This document shows positions 31,770 through 43,853 of a stretch of DNA of 64,000 nucleotides, one piece after another. This stretch comes from Cyanidioschyzon merolae. Taxonomy: Eukaryota. The position numbers and the translations under genes were made by a program. Positions within the stretch are counted from its first letter, which is position 1. Every line of letters starts with the position of its first letter. Where the stretch lies: NCBI GenBank assembly GCA_000091205.1, contig AP006501.2, one strand, 5' to 3'. The notes beneath the pieces are model-generated. The model had not been told where the DNA came from. It saw only the letters and a program-made list of their open reading frames with translations, and searched no databases.

Positions 31770-32905
31770 GACATGGGCGTTTCTGTTTCTCTGCCCTTGT
31801 TGGTGCGCTCCTGAAAACGCTGGGATCCAATCGCACATAAAGTCCTACCACACGAACAGCCATCATCCACCGAGTTCGCAACTACAGAGTTCCTGGAACG
31901 CAGCGATCGGTATGAATCACAGGAACGTCGGATTGTTTTCACAGTCGATGAGACTTTCTTGGGACGAAACGGTCGGAGCGTATATGGATATTCGAGGTGA
32001 AGGGAGCCCGCTGTATCCAGAATCGAACTCGAAGAGAACGAGGATATTACCGTCTGTTCTAGATGCAGAGGATTCCAGTCGCGGCCTCAGTTTCGCTCGT
32101 GGAGGAGGCTCATAAGACAGCATCCACTTTGTCGAATCATCGAAGACTTTCACCCTGACTCCTGGCGACTTCCTTCTATTGGACAACGTGGCATTTGACT
32201 ATTCGCTTTGCGTTCGGGCTCTTGCCTATTCTATCGGGTTTAGAGCTGCTTCTCATTCCTCGATACGCTCCGTGGCTGATTCAGATGAAAGTATCGTTTT
32301 CTATTGTGAAACCTAATGAGCGCTGCACCAAGCGGATTCCCAAAGCGTTCCGCACCCGGCGACACAAAGGCGCGTGTAGTCTTTCTTCCGTCGGTCCGTC
32401 TCCCGCCAGAAAGGTCCTGAAATAAGGGCATGAATAAGTGCGTCCATTTTCAAAAAAATCCAAGCGAAAGGCATGGACATGGAAGGCGAGGATCCTGGAG
32501 GGCAGTCATTGGTGGATGCCGGAAAAGAACAAAAAGACTCATCAGCTCTCTGACCATCGAGCAGAGAAGAGCATATGACAACGACGACGAAGAAGAAGAG
32601 GAGAGATGTGCAAGAAATGAGGTTTGCCCGTCGAGGCGACAATGAGACTGTAGTGACTCAGCGGGCATGAGTTCAAGGAATCCTCGCATTGATGAGTTCC
32701 ACCTCCGGCAATACACGCATGCCGTTCAGGAACCGAAACTTCAACGCCGCCATCAATACCAGACGATTTGTCGTACAAAAGACGAGAACCGAGAAGCTGA
32801 CACAAGCGAGCTTTTCGGGCAGCCTCTCAGGGTCGAGATGTACGGCGAGAAAGTGAAGTCGATAGCAGGCGGCCTTTCGCACAGGGCTGGGATGCCTTTG
32901 TGAGT
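31770..32905 (+). pseudogene. TnpB/Fanzor-like gene relic, copy C. It carries multiple frameshifts, and RuvC-III reads D->N.
   Basis: Frames pieced from ORFs 31765-32115, 32195-32425, 32430-32645 and 32667-32903: 'SMRLSWDETVGAYMDIRGEGSPLYPESNSKRTRI', 'VQGILALMSSTSGNTRMPFRNRNFNAAINTRRFVV', 'GQPLRVEMYGEKVKSIAGG'. These are colinear with copies A and B. Confidence 0.5.
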
Positions 32906-34980
32906 AGGTGTAAATATGTACGCTGTGGTGGTTGAGCATTTTTGTTTTCAACATCACGTGTAGAAGGCAGGCCTTGACAACGACTTCAAATTGATTTTTC
33001 CGATTTGAGAGTTTTGCTTTCCTGTCCTTCCTGGTCCTCTTCTCGGAGGAAGCTTTCTCTTCTCTGTCTGGTGGATTCGTTTTTTCTCCGTTACCTGGCA
33101 GGGTGGCATTGATGTGGTCGATAGTCAGTACGTCCATCGAACCGGGAAGAAGAGGCTTGCACGAACAGCCGGATCGGCACCATTCGCAGCTTTCTATACA
33201 TTGAACGTTCGTGATTGATGGAATGCGATGTTGCCCGACAACAGGACAGAAGAATTTGGGGGAGCGGAATCTTTGAAGAGTGCTTCAACCAACGATATAT
33301 TGATGTACGATCCCGTCCTTTGGGCGGTTTGTCAGCGACCACTCGATCGAATCACCACCAGGGCGAATGCTTACCTTATGCTCATTTCTTTTTTCTTTTC
33401 GAACACTGGTACATGGAGACTCCTCGAGCACCCATTTGCAGGAGTACCATTTCTCCCGAATCGGCTCTGATCGAGTGAGACAAACACATGCACTTTCTGT
33501 TGGCAGCGATCACGATTCAGGACAAAAACGACAGCAGGTGGTGTAGAATGTGCGACGATCACCCGCAGAAGCGTACTTGTACCTGTGTCCGCTCGTGTCT
33601 CTTCATAGCCAGTCGTTTGAGCGGTACAGAAACTTCACATACTGTGGCTACTTCCATAGTATTTCTCAAAAAACGGATGAAGTAGGAAGGGCTGATAAAG
33701 AGAGATTCATTGGGATGGAGTCTGGGAAGTGCTGCTATGGGTGCAGCACTTTCTGTATATGGGCGGGGTGAAGGGTGCCAGAGCCACTTGCTGAGCGTCG
33801 GATAACTGACTTGGACATGCAAGACCGTTTCACCGTATGCGACGAGCGACAGCGCCATGACATTCCTCGACTTTTAGCCAATCTGCAACATTCATTCGCT
33901 TTGCTCAATCTTCGCATGAAACACGGGCAAAACAGAAAAGGCTCGCTGGTGCAGGTATCCCAGAATTCACTGCTCTGAGTATAATGCCCTTTGACGGGTA
34001 GCAGAGCTTCTTTAGCACCGATCTTTCTGCCAGAATGAAGCGTGCAGTGAGAAAAAACTAGGGCCCACATCTCGTGCTCCTACCTGCGTATTTTTCACGC
34101 ACACAAGAACGAACAGCCTCTTAGCTCATTCTCAGTTTTCTATGCACCCAGCGCACGGACGCTTCTCGTTCTCGTATCTGAGAATGTTCGACGAATCATG
34201 ACGGGATGCGAAGTGTTTTACTAATTTATCAGTGTTTCGGCGACTCGGCTGCTGGCCAATAAGCTTCTGTCAACGTCCTAGATTGGTTGCTATTGAAGCC
34301 ATCCGAGGATAATTCCAAGCGGTGCAATGCAAGAGGGGGCACTCGAGCCGAATTCTCGCCTCAAAGAAAAAATTCTCGATTAGCTCGAATAGCCACGATT
34401 ATGCTTGAGTCTTGAGGCACGAGCTCTCATGCTGACCCATATCCTCCGTAAACTCAGGTGGAATGTATGCAGCGATTACACCAACCCACTCAAGAGCGAT
34501 CGGCAAGCTAGGGAATCGCCCCGAGTGCCGGGTGCACTCCTTTCGTGCGCTCAGCGACGCCGGATGACAAGCACTGCATAAGTCTTCCACGGAGCAAACG
34601 ATAAATAAAAGCTATCCACCGGATGTTCTCATCATCCTGTTGATTTTTGCGTGCGAACAGCAGCGTTCGACATGAGCCAGCACTCAACTGTCGAATACTG
34701 ATCCAGCACGACAGGTCAAGCATCGCGTCAAAACACCAGCCTACGAGAGCAAACGAGTTTTTCGCCACAGCGAACGGCATCCGTGGAGTCTTTGGCGTCT
34801 CATACCAGTGTCGACATCCTATCCACGTTTCCGATACGAATCATGGAAAGAGCACTCACCGGACTCGTGATGCATCGGCCGCGCGAATCGCTCCCCATGG
34901 AAAAATTGGTAATTGTTCCCGGGCTTGACGCTCCGCTGCTCTCCAATTGGAGCATTCTCCATAGCTAACGCATCGAACAC

Positions 34981-36165
34981 TTATGCTTCATCCTCATCTA
35001 CACCAGATTCGAGTTCCAGCTCCTCGTCTGCCAGAGACTGATGAACAGGTCTGGGGGCTTTGGCAGCGCTTCGTGCGCGCTGTTTTCGTCGCGTTCGCTT
35101 CCGCCCGCCGCGTCCACGTCGTTTTTCCCACGGGCGGGGAACCGCAACCGGCCGCAAGTAATCATACAACAGAGGTGTCGTGTTCGATGCCTCTGTTGTA
35201 TGCCACGCGGCGCAACGTGCTTCTTTGCGCCACAGGTCGAGGAGCTCCGCGTGTGCCCGAGCACCCATTTCACCCCTGCGATCCGTTGTTGTGCTCTCAA
35301 AAAGATCGACCCGAGCCATGAGTGCGATGCTGTTCGCTATTTTTCGGGCAATGCACCGAATGCGCCGTACGTTTGTTTCCGATCCGACCGCACCTGCGTT
35401 TTCTAAACCTGCAAGAATCTCACGGAGAAGGCTGCATTGAAAAATGGCCCCCCGTAGACACCGGGGGCCATAGAAAACGTACGTATCCCGCGCTCCGATG
35501 AGGCGCAACTGATCGGAAGGAAGTTTGGCCAAGGCCTCGAGGCCGCCGCACTCTGCGAGCACTCGCACCGCAAAGTTCTTCCCCGTCAGTGCGCACAAGT
35601 TGGGCGCCACAAACTCCACTTGGTCAAGTAATCGCATCATGAGCTCTTTCTCTTCCATCAAAAAACGCTTACTTCTCTGAATCAGTCTTGCAACTTGCTC
35701 CCAATCAGTCAGTGGCGGACCCAGTCTCCGGAGCAGCAGTGCAAGCCCCATGCTGACCTCTGGCGGCCACGAGCGCTCGCCAAGCACCGCTATGTCGATT
35801 GGTGGCGAACGGTTACCCAGAGCCTCAACGATTTCGAGTCCAAAAACTGGATCGCTCGTCAGTGTTCCCAAGCCCGGTAAGCGTTGTTCATAGGCGGCAA
35901 GCACTTGTCGACAGATCTCGCAAAGCCGGGAGTGCGTCTCCCGCACCGCTGCAGCGTTCCTCTCGAACGTTCTTTTCGTTTCCGAAAGCGTTTCCGCAGA
36001 AAACTTTACATCCTTAACAACTTTTTGGGAATCTTGGCTGGTTAAAAGCGTCCTGGCAGAAACGCCAGTGCTCATCAAACCCGAAAAGAGGCGACTGCAA
36101 CTGCGGTATTTGTCGTAGGAACGGCAACGCGTTCCGACGCGTGCGTTGCACTGCGGCTCCAGCAC
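34981..36165 (-). CDS. Nop-domain protein, PRP31-like (U4/U6 snRNP) and divergent
   Basis: 'APNLCALTGKNFAVRVLAECGGLEALAKLPSDQLRLIGARD...IRCIARKIANSIALMARVD' matches the Nop-domain consensus (LAKxPaStvqiLGAEK...IARxLAaKxALAaRvD). No NOP5 N-terminal domain is present. A basic C-terminal tail resembles PRP31_C. Confidence 0.5.
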   Translation of the reverse strand: MLEPQCNARVGTRCRSYDKYRSCSRLFSGLMSTGVSARTLLTSQDSQKVVKDVKFSAETLSETKRTFERNAAAVRETHSRLCEICRQVLAAYEQRLPGLGTLTSDPVFGLEIVEALGNRSPPIDIAVLGERSWPPEVSMGLALLLRRLGPPLTDWEQVARLIQRSKRFLMEEKELMMRLLDQVEFVAPNLCALTGKNFAVRVLAECGGLEALAKLPSDQLRLIGARDTYVFYGPRCLRGAIFQCSLLREILAGLENAGAVGSETNVRRIRCIARKIANSIALMARVDLFESTTTDRRGEMGARAHAELLDLWRKEARCAAWHTTEASNTTPLLYDYLRPVAVPRPWEKRRGRGGRKRTRRKQRARSAAKAPRPVHQSLADEELELESGVDEDEA

Positions 36166-36249
36166 AAACCTTCTTGTTGACGCGTATTACGTAGCACCAC
36201 AGCGTTCTGACCTCGCCTCACGAGATTTTTACAGACTTGTTCGGTCGCA

Positions 36250-37809
36250 GTGGTAAGCCAAGACAGAGAAAACGGCACAGGCTTCGGGTGGACCGGGCAG
36301 AAGCCGATGGTTTCCGCAGGCCCCCCTCAGCGAGCCTCAACGGGTGGCGGCGGCGGCTCCGGCGGTGGCAGCAGCAGCAGCAGCGAGGACTCAATGAAAC
36401 CTGCTGAGCTACCGGACCTTGCAGTTTGGCAGCCGATTTCACTGGTGCCTGCTCGCTTACGAAGTTCACGCCACAGCGTCTGGGACGCGAACGCGCTCGA
36501 AGACACGGTGTCGACGCTCGATGACCCCTGGTCGTTGCTCTCTGCAGCTTCGAAGCTTTTGGTGGAAAAAAGTCAGGGCAAGCGCCCGGAATCTGAGCAA
36601 GGCGCTCTCTACTCGCAGCGAGACGCAGACATAAGCGCTTTGGCTCCTGTGAAAGGTCTCCCACTTGAGTGGCTTCCGCAGCAGAGCCTTCGGAGCTTTG
36701 GCCTGCGAAACCTCGGAAACACCTGTTATGCCAATGCCGTTATCCAGGCGCTGCTGCATACGCCACCGTTGGTGCTGAAAGCGCTCTCCGATGGATGCGC
36801 CAGCGCCACTCCGCATACAGGCTTTTTCGATGCTATGGCAGCCTTCGTGCGTCTCTGCCGACAGCTGCTCGTTGTACGTCCCTCCGGAACGAATGCAGTT
36901 GCCCCGACGGAAATCATCCGCAACTTACCCGCAATCTGTCGAAGGTATCGAGTCGGACGGCAAGAAGATGCCCATGAGTTTCTCCGATTTCTCTTGGAGA
37001 GCATAGCGAGAAGCTGTAGTCGAAGGGGTGAGCGTCGTCTCCCTTCACAACAGGTCTCCAGTGATGAGCTGGTTGCTTCCGATTGTAATCATGGGACAGG
37101 TTGGATTACCCGCATTTTCGGAGGCCTACTCCGCAGTCGTGTCATATGTCGAACATGTCAGCACAAATCGTATCGAACTGAGCGGTTTTTGGACCTCAGT
37201 CTAGATTTTCGGCAGTCGGCCTCGATCTCCAAGTGCCTCGAACATTTCGCAGCGACGGAGTTGCTCGCAGGCCGAAATCGCTATGACTGTGCGGCATGCC
37301 ACGGTTACAGCGATGCGGAGAAGCAAATCCGCATTCGACAGGCTCCTGTTGTGCTCACGCTGCATCTGAAGCGCTTCCACGCGCTTCGAAAACTCTCTGG
37401 TGTTGTGCGCTTCTCCGAGTGGCTCGATCTGCGACCCTATATGGCTGAGGAGTTTGTGGCAGGCCCTGTGATGTATCGACTGTTTGCAGTGATCGTACAC
37501 GAGGGCCATTCGCTGTCCAGTGGCCACTACTATGCATTTGTTCGGAGTGCCAGTGGTGCCTGGTTGCGATGTGACGATGAGCACCTGTCACGAGTCGGTA
37601 TAGGCTCGGTTTTCGCGCAACAGGCGTACTTGCTGTTTTACTTACGCGTGGATGCTGTACCGGGCGAAAGCGCTATTGAGACTTCGGAGGTATCGACCGC
37701 AACATCTGAACCTGATACCAAAATCTCAGGTGGGGTTTCGACGGCCCCTGATTTCCAGGCGAGGCAAAGCAAAAAACCGCGATCAGAAGTGAAACGATTC
37801 GAGTCGTGA
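36250..37809 (+). CDS. Ubiquitin carboxyl-terminal hydrolase (USP/UBP, peptidase C19)
   Basis: Cys box 'GLRNLGNTCYANAVIQALLHTPPL', 'YDCAACHGYSDAEKQIRIRQAPVVLTLHLKRF', His box 'GHYYAFVRSASGAWLRCDDEHLSRV'. The N-terminus is Gly/Ser-rich, encoded by GGC/AGC repeats. Confidence 0.85.
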   Translation: MVSQDRENGTGFGWTGQKPMVSAGPPQRASTGGGGGSGGGSSSSSEDSMKPAELPDLAVWQPISLVPARLRSSRHSVWDANALEDTVSTLDDPWSLLSAASKLLVEKSQGKRPESEQGALYSQRDADISALAPVKGLPLEWLPQQSLRSFGLRNLGNTCYANAVIQALLHTPPLVLKALSDGCASATPHTGFFDAMAAFVRLCRQLLVVRPSGTNAVAPTEIIRNLPAICRRYRVGRQEDAHEFLRFLLESIARSCSRRGERRLPSQQVSSDELVASDCNHGTGWITRIFGGLLRSRVICRTCQHKSYRTERFLDLSLDFRQSASISKCLEHFAATELLAGRNRYDCAACHGYSDAEKQIRIRQAPVVLTLHLKRFHALRKLSGVVRFSEWLDLRPYMAEEFVAGPVMYRLFAVIVHEGHSLSSGHYYAFVRSASGAWLRCDDEHLSRVGIGSVFAQQAYLLFYLRVDAVPGESAIETSEVSTATSEPDTKISGGVSTAPDFQARQSKKPRSEVKRFES

Positions 37810-40800
37810 GTGTGTGTAGGCGTGCATCACACAGCGACTTGGAGAACTGTCTGGATTTGGTACGCGAGTCTAGCCGCAGTGACACCAATACTAGGTGATA
37901 ATCTAAATAGGTTGTACCTGACGGTGCATCTAGAACGCCATTTACAGCTTCCGAGACGTCCGTACTAGATGAATTTCCGGTATGGTTATAGATGAAGGCA
38001 CATTTTGTAAGCACTTTTTTCCGCCAAGATATCCGGAACAGGCTGCGCTCCTGTAAAGTTCCAGTTGTCGATATATTGGCGTTTTCAGCGAACCGCCTCG
38101 CGAGACCTGCGCGATTTCCTTTGAAGACTTGTGTTGAAGTGTATCGCTATGGCACGGTACCGCTCTGAACTCCGGACCGTCCTCCGGATTGCTCACGAGC
38201 GTGTCAGTTCAGGTTCATTCGCAAGTCATTGCGAGCTTCTGCGCTCCTCGAGCGACCTCTACTGAAACAGGTCTGTTTCCATTCCGTGCAACCGCCAGTG
38301 CCGATGACGAATCGCCTCTGGCTGTGGGTGCGGATCTCTTGAGCGATGCTCTACTCATTGGTCAGAGCCCGGTGTTCAAGGACTCGCAGCATTTGACCCG
38401 GATCCAACGCACCAGAAAGCGGAGGTAGAGCTAGGTTTTTTACCAGTCTCTATGTAGACGCAGCTTATAGTTTGCATTAGGCGCTTTGCTGACAGCCAGT
38501 TCCCGTTGCGCGCCAAGTGGTGCTGGATCCGATGCCATCTCGACGAGACTCGCGTAGCCTATGCAGCTGAGTCGATGAACTATGAATTGCCCGACGCTGA
38601 GCTGCTAAATACTATAAATAGATGTCTTTGCTCCTTGACGCTAGCATCTTGCATTTCATGGTCAATACGAGCACGAAATCGATTGCTGCCCCTGAGAGTC
38701 ATACGGACCCACGTGCAGCATCTGGTACATATGAAATCCTCTGGAAAAAGCCTTTTCCTGGGATATCTGGGGAGCATGGACATCCTTCCCAGCTGCTCAG
38801 CGGGGAATGGTAGGCACGTGCATTGCACCAGCACTTTCGCACTCAATGCCGCGACAAATTCGGGATACGAAAAGTGGCACGCGCCCGACGCATACATCAC
38901 GAAAGGCTCTTGAGTGTAGCCCTCGTTCCATATCAGATTCAGATGGATCACTGAGGTGCTCGCGCTGTTCCCCAATGTCGACTCTTTTCAGAACTTTTTG
39001 GTGATGTACAGCCTACATTTTCGAAATGGATCAATAGGGGCTCACGAATTCATACGTATTTCTGGAATGCTCGGTCGCCGTTTTGGAGTGACTCTTTCGA
39101 CGCGTTGCTGCTGGTATTAGTTGCTTCGCCATCATCAGGGCGATTCACGATGCTTTCGAACTAGGGTAAGAAACGTAATCGATATTATGATCCAGTTCAC
39201 ACCTGGGAGCTTCCACGCTTCCGCGTTGCATTCGTGCTGTATACCCAAATGACGTACTCTTCACGTTTGCGATCATTCTGTTTCAAGCGAACTTGTGGGC
39301 GCACAAATTGCAATACTGGATATTCGAGCAAGCAGAATACTCGACGTCGTCCTTTGACGATTCCCTCACGTGCTCGTTTCAGAACAACACGGAGCGTCTT
39401 ATTTCAAACAATCGTTTCGGGTGCAAACCCAAATTCTTCTCTGCTTGGGGCCATCGACGAAACCGCATTCCACAGCACAACGATACCTCTGCAAGTACAT
39501 GCCCTCAATGGCTCACATCGTTTCCCTTTGAATGGGACAAGGTCTTGGACTTTTACTTCAGTCATCGCAGGGATCGTTTCCAGCGGAGTATGCGTAAACG
39601 CCGTACGCGAACGGCGCACAGACTGATCGAAGTCTCTCGAGTTCTTCTTTAGACTGGATTTCGCCTGCAGTACTTGTTTCATCATGGACCAGCACCCTCT
39701 CATGGAGCAGCACGCGCTTGCACGTCCAGAGTACAGGGTACTCGCGAACAAGTCGGCCAGAGCAAGCTCGTGATTGCAGGTTACAGCATCCAGCGGGAAA
39801 ACGGAGGTGCATCGGAGAGACACGTTTTGTATCCGTCGACGGATTGTGCCGAGCGATGGAGAAAGCGTTCATCGGTCATGGAGCGCCCCACGAAGGTTGA
39901 GATACGATGGAAATATGGGAACACATGAGCGCTACAAAGAGCACACCGAAGCTGTATGCAAGGGACATGAAAATGGCAGGCGAACCCCGTAAGTCGTTAT
40001 GGCAACCCTGGCATGAAATGCTTACAAAACAGCCGGGAGCGTCGGAATAAAAAACTTTAACGCTGCGATGAACATCACTTGACTGCTAATACTAGTAAAG
40101 AGAGGGAACTGAGTCACCAATGTATTTAGAGCCGAAAATAAAAGAGAGTGAACGGCACTAATCACAGAAATCGTCCACAAATGCTTGTGTTGATATTCCA
40201 CAAAAGAAGAAATTCAAACTTCGAATGTACACCCAAGTTATATAAATAGACACGCTCCATTGTATCCCGATATGGCCGTATCCTCGGGTTGTGCACAGCA
40301 TAGAGCGCGCCACAAAATTTCATCCCGCATGGAACACTGTCCAGCGACTGTGCCTGCTACCTGCTCACCCGGGGCATCGGAGCTGTATACCATCGGACGC
40401 CCCATGAGATGAAGCGTCTGCAGCGCCAGTCGACGGATGCGTGCCACCACGAGCATGGATGCACAAAAGTTCAATACGATCTATTTATGTACATTTTGGA
40501 TCGAAATGGTTCTGCGCGGAGATACACGCACTGGCGCTTCTATCTCGGCAGCTACGGCCACGCGTCCGTGCCATCGCGAGCGCGCGGCTCTCGGCAGGCT
40601 GGACGTGAAATAGCTCAAATTTACGCCTTATCGAGTAGTTGTCCTTGCGTAGTCTCTGCTCCACAACCTATCTGACGCATGGCAAACGAAGACAAACCGG
40701 GAGCAACCCAAGAAACTGGAAGAACTAGTCGACTGCAGGATATGGCCGAGCGGTTCATGGCGGCGGGTGTCGGTACGTCGAGAGCCGGTTTCGACTTCGC

Positions 40801-42830
40801 ACCGGAGGCAAACGAGACGAGCCCCGAGGGCGGGGTCCCGATCCCTGGGGCCGGTTCGCCACCTCGAAGTAGCAGTCCCATGGCTCGCTCACCCTCGCAA
40901 GATATCTGGAAACGCACCTTTCATCCTGGCGGTCGCTCGCCACCAGATCGCAGTCTTTTCGACAGTGCAAGAGAGCACGTCGAAGGCGCGGCTAGCGGTC
41001 AGAGTGTAAGTGAGATATACGCCCAGAAACGCAACCAATATTATGTTGCGCCTCGAAAGGACTGAAGATTTTCTGGTGGCCTTGGAAGCGTCTGAGAACG
41101 AATTGGGCGAAAACTCCTGGTGCGGCGAAACACGCGTCCGAACTAGGAAGCACCTAGTCTGGTGTCTACCGTGCGCGTCGATAGTGTCGATGCTTTAGCA
41201 ACTTGCCGAGAGTCATGTTTTCATGACTTGCGTAAAGGGCTCTTTAGTGTTTTGGAAATGGACTCCTGATATGCCTTCTCGAACTGATGTCGTACCGATC
41301 CGAACTCGGAGCGGGACTTGCCGCGCGGTTGTTCGGCTCGCACGACTCCCCGCAAAGCGCGACGCATGGCGTGCAGGCTGCACTGTTAGCGTACCTGCGC
41401 GCTCACGTAGCGAGTCTTGAGGCCCTGTGGACGAGACACGGGTTCAAATACAGGATACATAGATTCGAAGCGAGCCTCCGATCCACTTGAAGCGTCATCT
41501 CAATGCGAGCAACCCTTTCGACACAAGATTCCAGGATACAGCTGGTCTGCTGCGCACATGACCAGAGCCACGGCGAGCGTCATGACTGCCACCTTGAGGT
41601 AGCGCAGCGTGTTTCTCACGAACGACCTCGGCCATGAGCCGCAGGTCACCAAGTCCACACTGGATATGCTCGCCGTAGCGACACGTGTGACGAATGCCGG
41701 CTCCCGCTGCCGTCAGCGGCGATAGCAGCTCTCGATATTCACGGAGCGTGAGATTGGTGTGCATGCATCAGCAGTTTCCCATAATGTATGGATAAAAGAC
41801 TCGTTTGCTCGTCATTCACGGCTGGTGTCCTTGTGGCAAATTCCGCGTTGTGACCGTTTTGCCCATATAGGCGCATCCAGAGACCGCTCGCGACGCATAT
41901 ATCTAGTCGAGGTACCGTCCAGCCTAAATATTGCAACATGCAGATCACACTTATGTATTTCACACGTGGAAGCATTTTTTGCTCCAGTAACCACACAAGT
42001 GGAGATGGATCCTGGCTTCCACCGCGTATCGTTCCCATGTTACGAATGCAAGCGGATATTGGAGACAGAGCGTAGCGGCTGACACAAAGAGCGATTGGCG
42101 GAGCAAAGGGTAACTCTACCTCGACATTTGCAAGCACGCATGACCAGCATATTGGCAACAAGACTTCCGTGTGCGGCCTCGCAAGCGATACTGGTGTGGC
42201 TTTTCTACGTGGAACCCCACCGTGAAGTGCACTAATCATGCGGGCACGATGCGCAACCACGACGCTTCTAGTGTACGCTTGGGTGCGTTTCTCGAACGGA
42301 TGACCTTAAGGTGCCACTGGGGCAAGCTCTTCTACGCCCATTGCCAGTGAGGATTCCCCCTTACCATGAGAGGCGCGCCCTTGAGGGCCAGCACCTTTAC
42401 CCATGTACGAGTATTCTCCTCTGCCAGATTTTTGAGCCTTCCAGCATCTCGTCGAACTGAGCTGGAGTGATTGGCCAGATACTGGCCTGTAGAACGCTCA
42501 CGAACACAACGTGGGCCGGGTTCACGGCAAGAATGGAGCTCACTGGGGATGATTTCGCGCACGTCGCTTCTCCAGGACAACAACGTGCTTTGGAATGATA
42601 CGCTTTGCATTCAGGGACTGGTCTAGACTTGTACTCCATTCGAGCCGATGAGGCCAATCTCCCCTGAGCGAAACAGTGACGCCATAATTTCGGAGCATGC
42701 GCAAAGAAGCAGCGTAGGAAATGGGTCCAATGCTCATTCATGGACTGAAAGGAGCATCATTCCCGCCGAATCCAACGCATATGTGTGCTCTCCTAAATCG
42801 ATACTTGAGGCCGCTACAAACGCTTACCTG

Positions 42831-43232
42831 CTTGTTGTTGACCGGGAATTTCTCTGAAGCGCGGAGCTTCCGATGGCGATTGTGAATCCCTGTGCCGATC
42901 CATACTGCCGTACTTGTTGTTGACCGAGAATTTCTCTGAAGCGGGGAGCTTCCGATGGCGATTGTGAATCCCTGTCCCGATCCATACTGCCATACTTGTT
43001 GTTGACCGAGAATTTCTCTGAAGCGCGGAGCTTCCGATGGCGATTGTGAATCCCTGTCCCGATCCATACTGCCATACTTGTTGTTGACCGAGAATTTCTC
43101 TGAAGCGGGGAGCTTCCGATGGCGATTGTGAATCCCTGTCCCGATCCATACTGCCATACTTGTTGTTGACCGAGAATTTCTCTGAAGCGGGGAGCTTCCG
43201 ATGGCGATTGTGAATCCCTGTCCCGATCCATA
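42831..43232. repeat. Minisatellite: 82-bp unit in about 5 tandem copies
   Basis: 'cttgttgttgaccgagaatttctctgaagcg[c/g]ggagcttccgatggcgattgtgaatccctgtcccgatccatactgccata' recurs at 42831, 42913, 42995, 43077 and 43159. The unit length is not a multiple of 3, which explains the three overlapping minus-strand ORFs 42738-43279 with rotating repetitive peptides. Confidence 0.9.
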
Positions 43233-43853
43233 CGTCCGTTATGCGTCCACGCTCGGCGCATGCGATGACTCGTCGGCAAGAGGCCTTGTCAAGCTACATC
43301 GGGCACGTGAATCGATCCGTCGTTCGCCAAGACACCCAAACACTCCACCAGACCTATGAGCGAGGGTCAAGCACAGCGGACCTTCTCCGGACCCACTCGT
43401 GAACTTCAGGGCAATTGCCTTGCTTCGTTTTCGTACTCCTGGGGCGAGCGACTCGCATGCAGTCTATGTTTGATAGCGGGATCACCAACCCCTGCACATT
43501 AGGCGCGCACGACAAGCTCGGCTCTCGTTGGAACACACAAAATCACAATAATTTCTGGGGAGCAGTATGTCTGGCATCAGGTGAAACTCGTACCTAGAGC
43601 GGTGAATCATGGATGCGCTGCGGTATGCAGATACCAATCCCGGAATCGGGGATCTCTTGTCAGTGGCATCGGTCTGTTGATCGAAAAAAAAAACTGAACC
43701 TCCACGAAATCGAGTTCAACGCGGCGCCAAATCATTCAACGTCGTTTCTCTGCAACAGCACGCAACTACGGTACTGTTTCCAAGCAAGCCGGGGTCTGCT
43801 CTTGCCCCGCACTGCCGCCGCTGGAAAGAACTGCTTGTGTACCTGTTTCACCA

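Noticed and set aside
42738-43279. Three overlapping minus-strand ORFs (139-151 aa) with internally repeated peptides
   Set aside because: They are generated by an 82-bp tandem repeat whose length is not a multiple of three, so the same DNA reads in all three frames. This is not credible coding.
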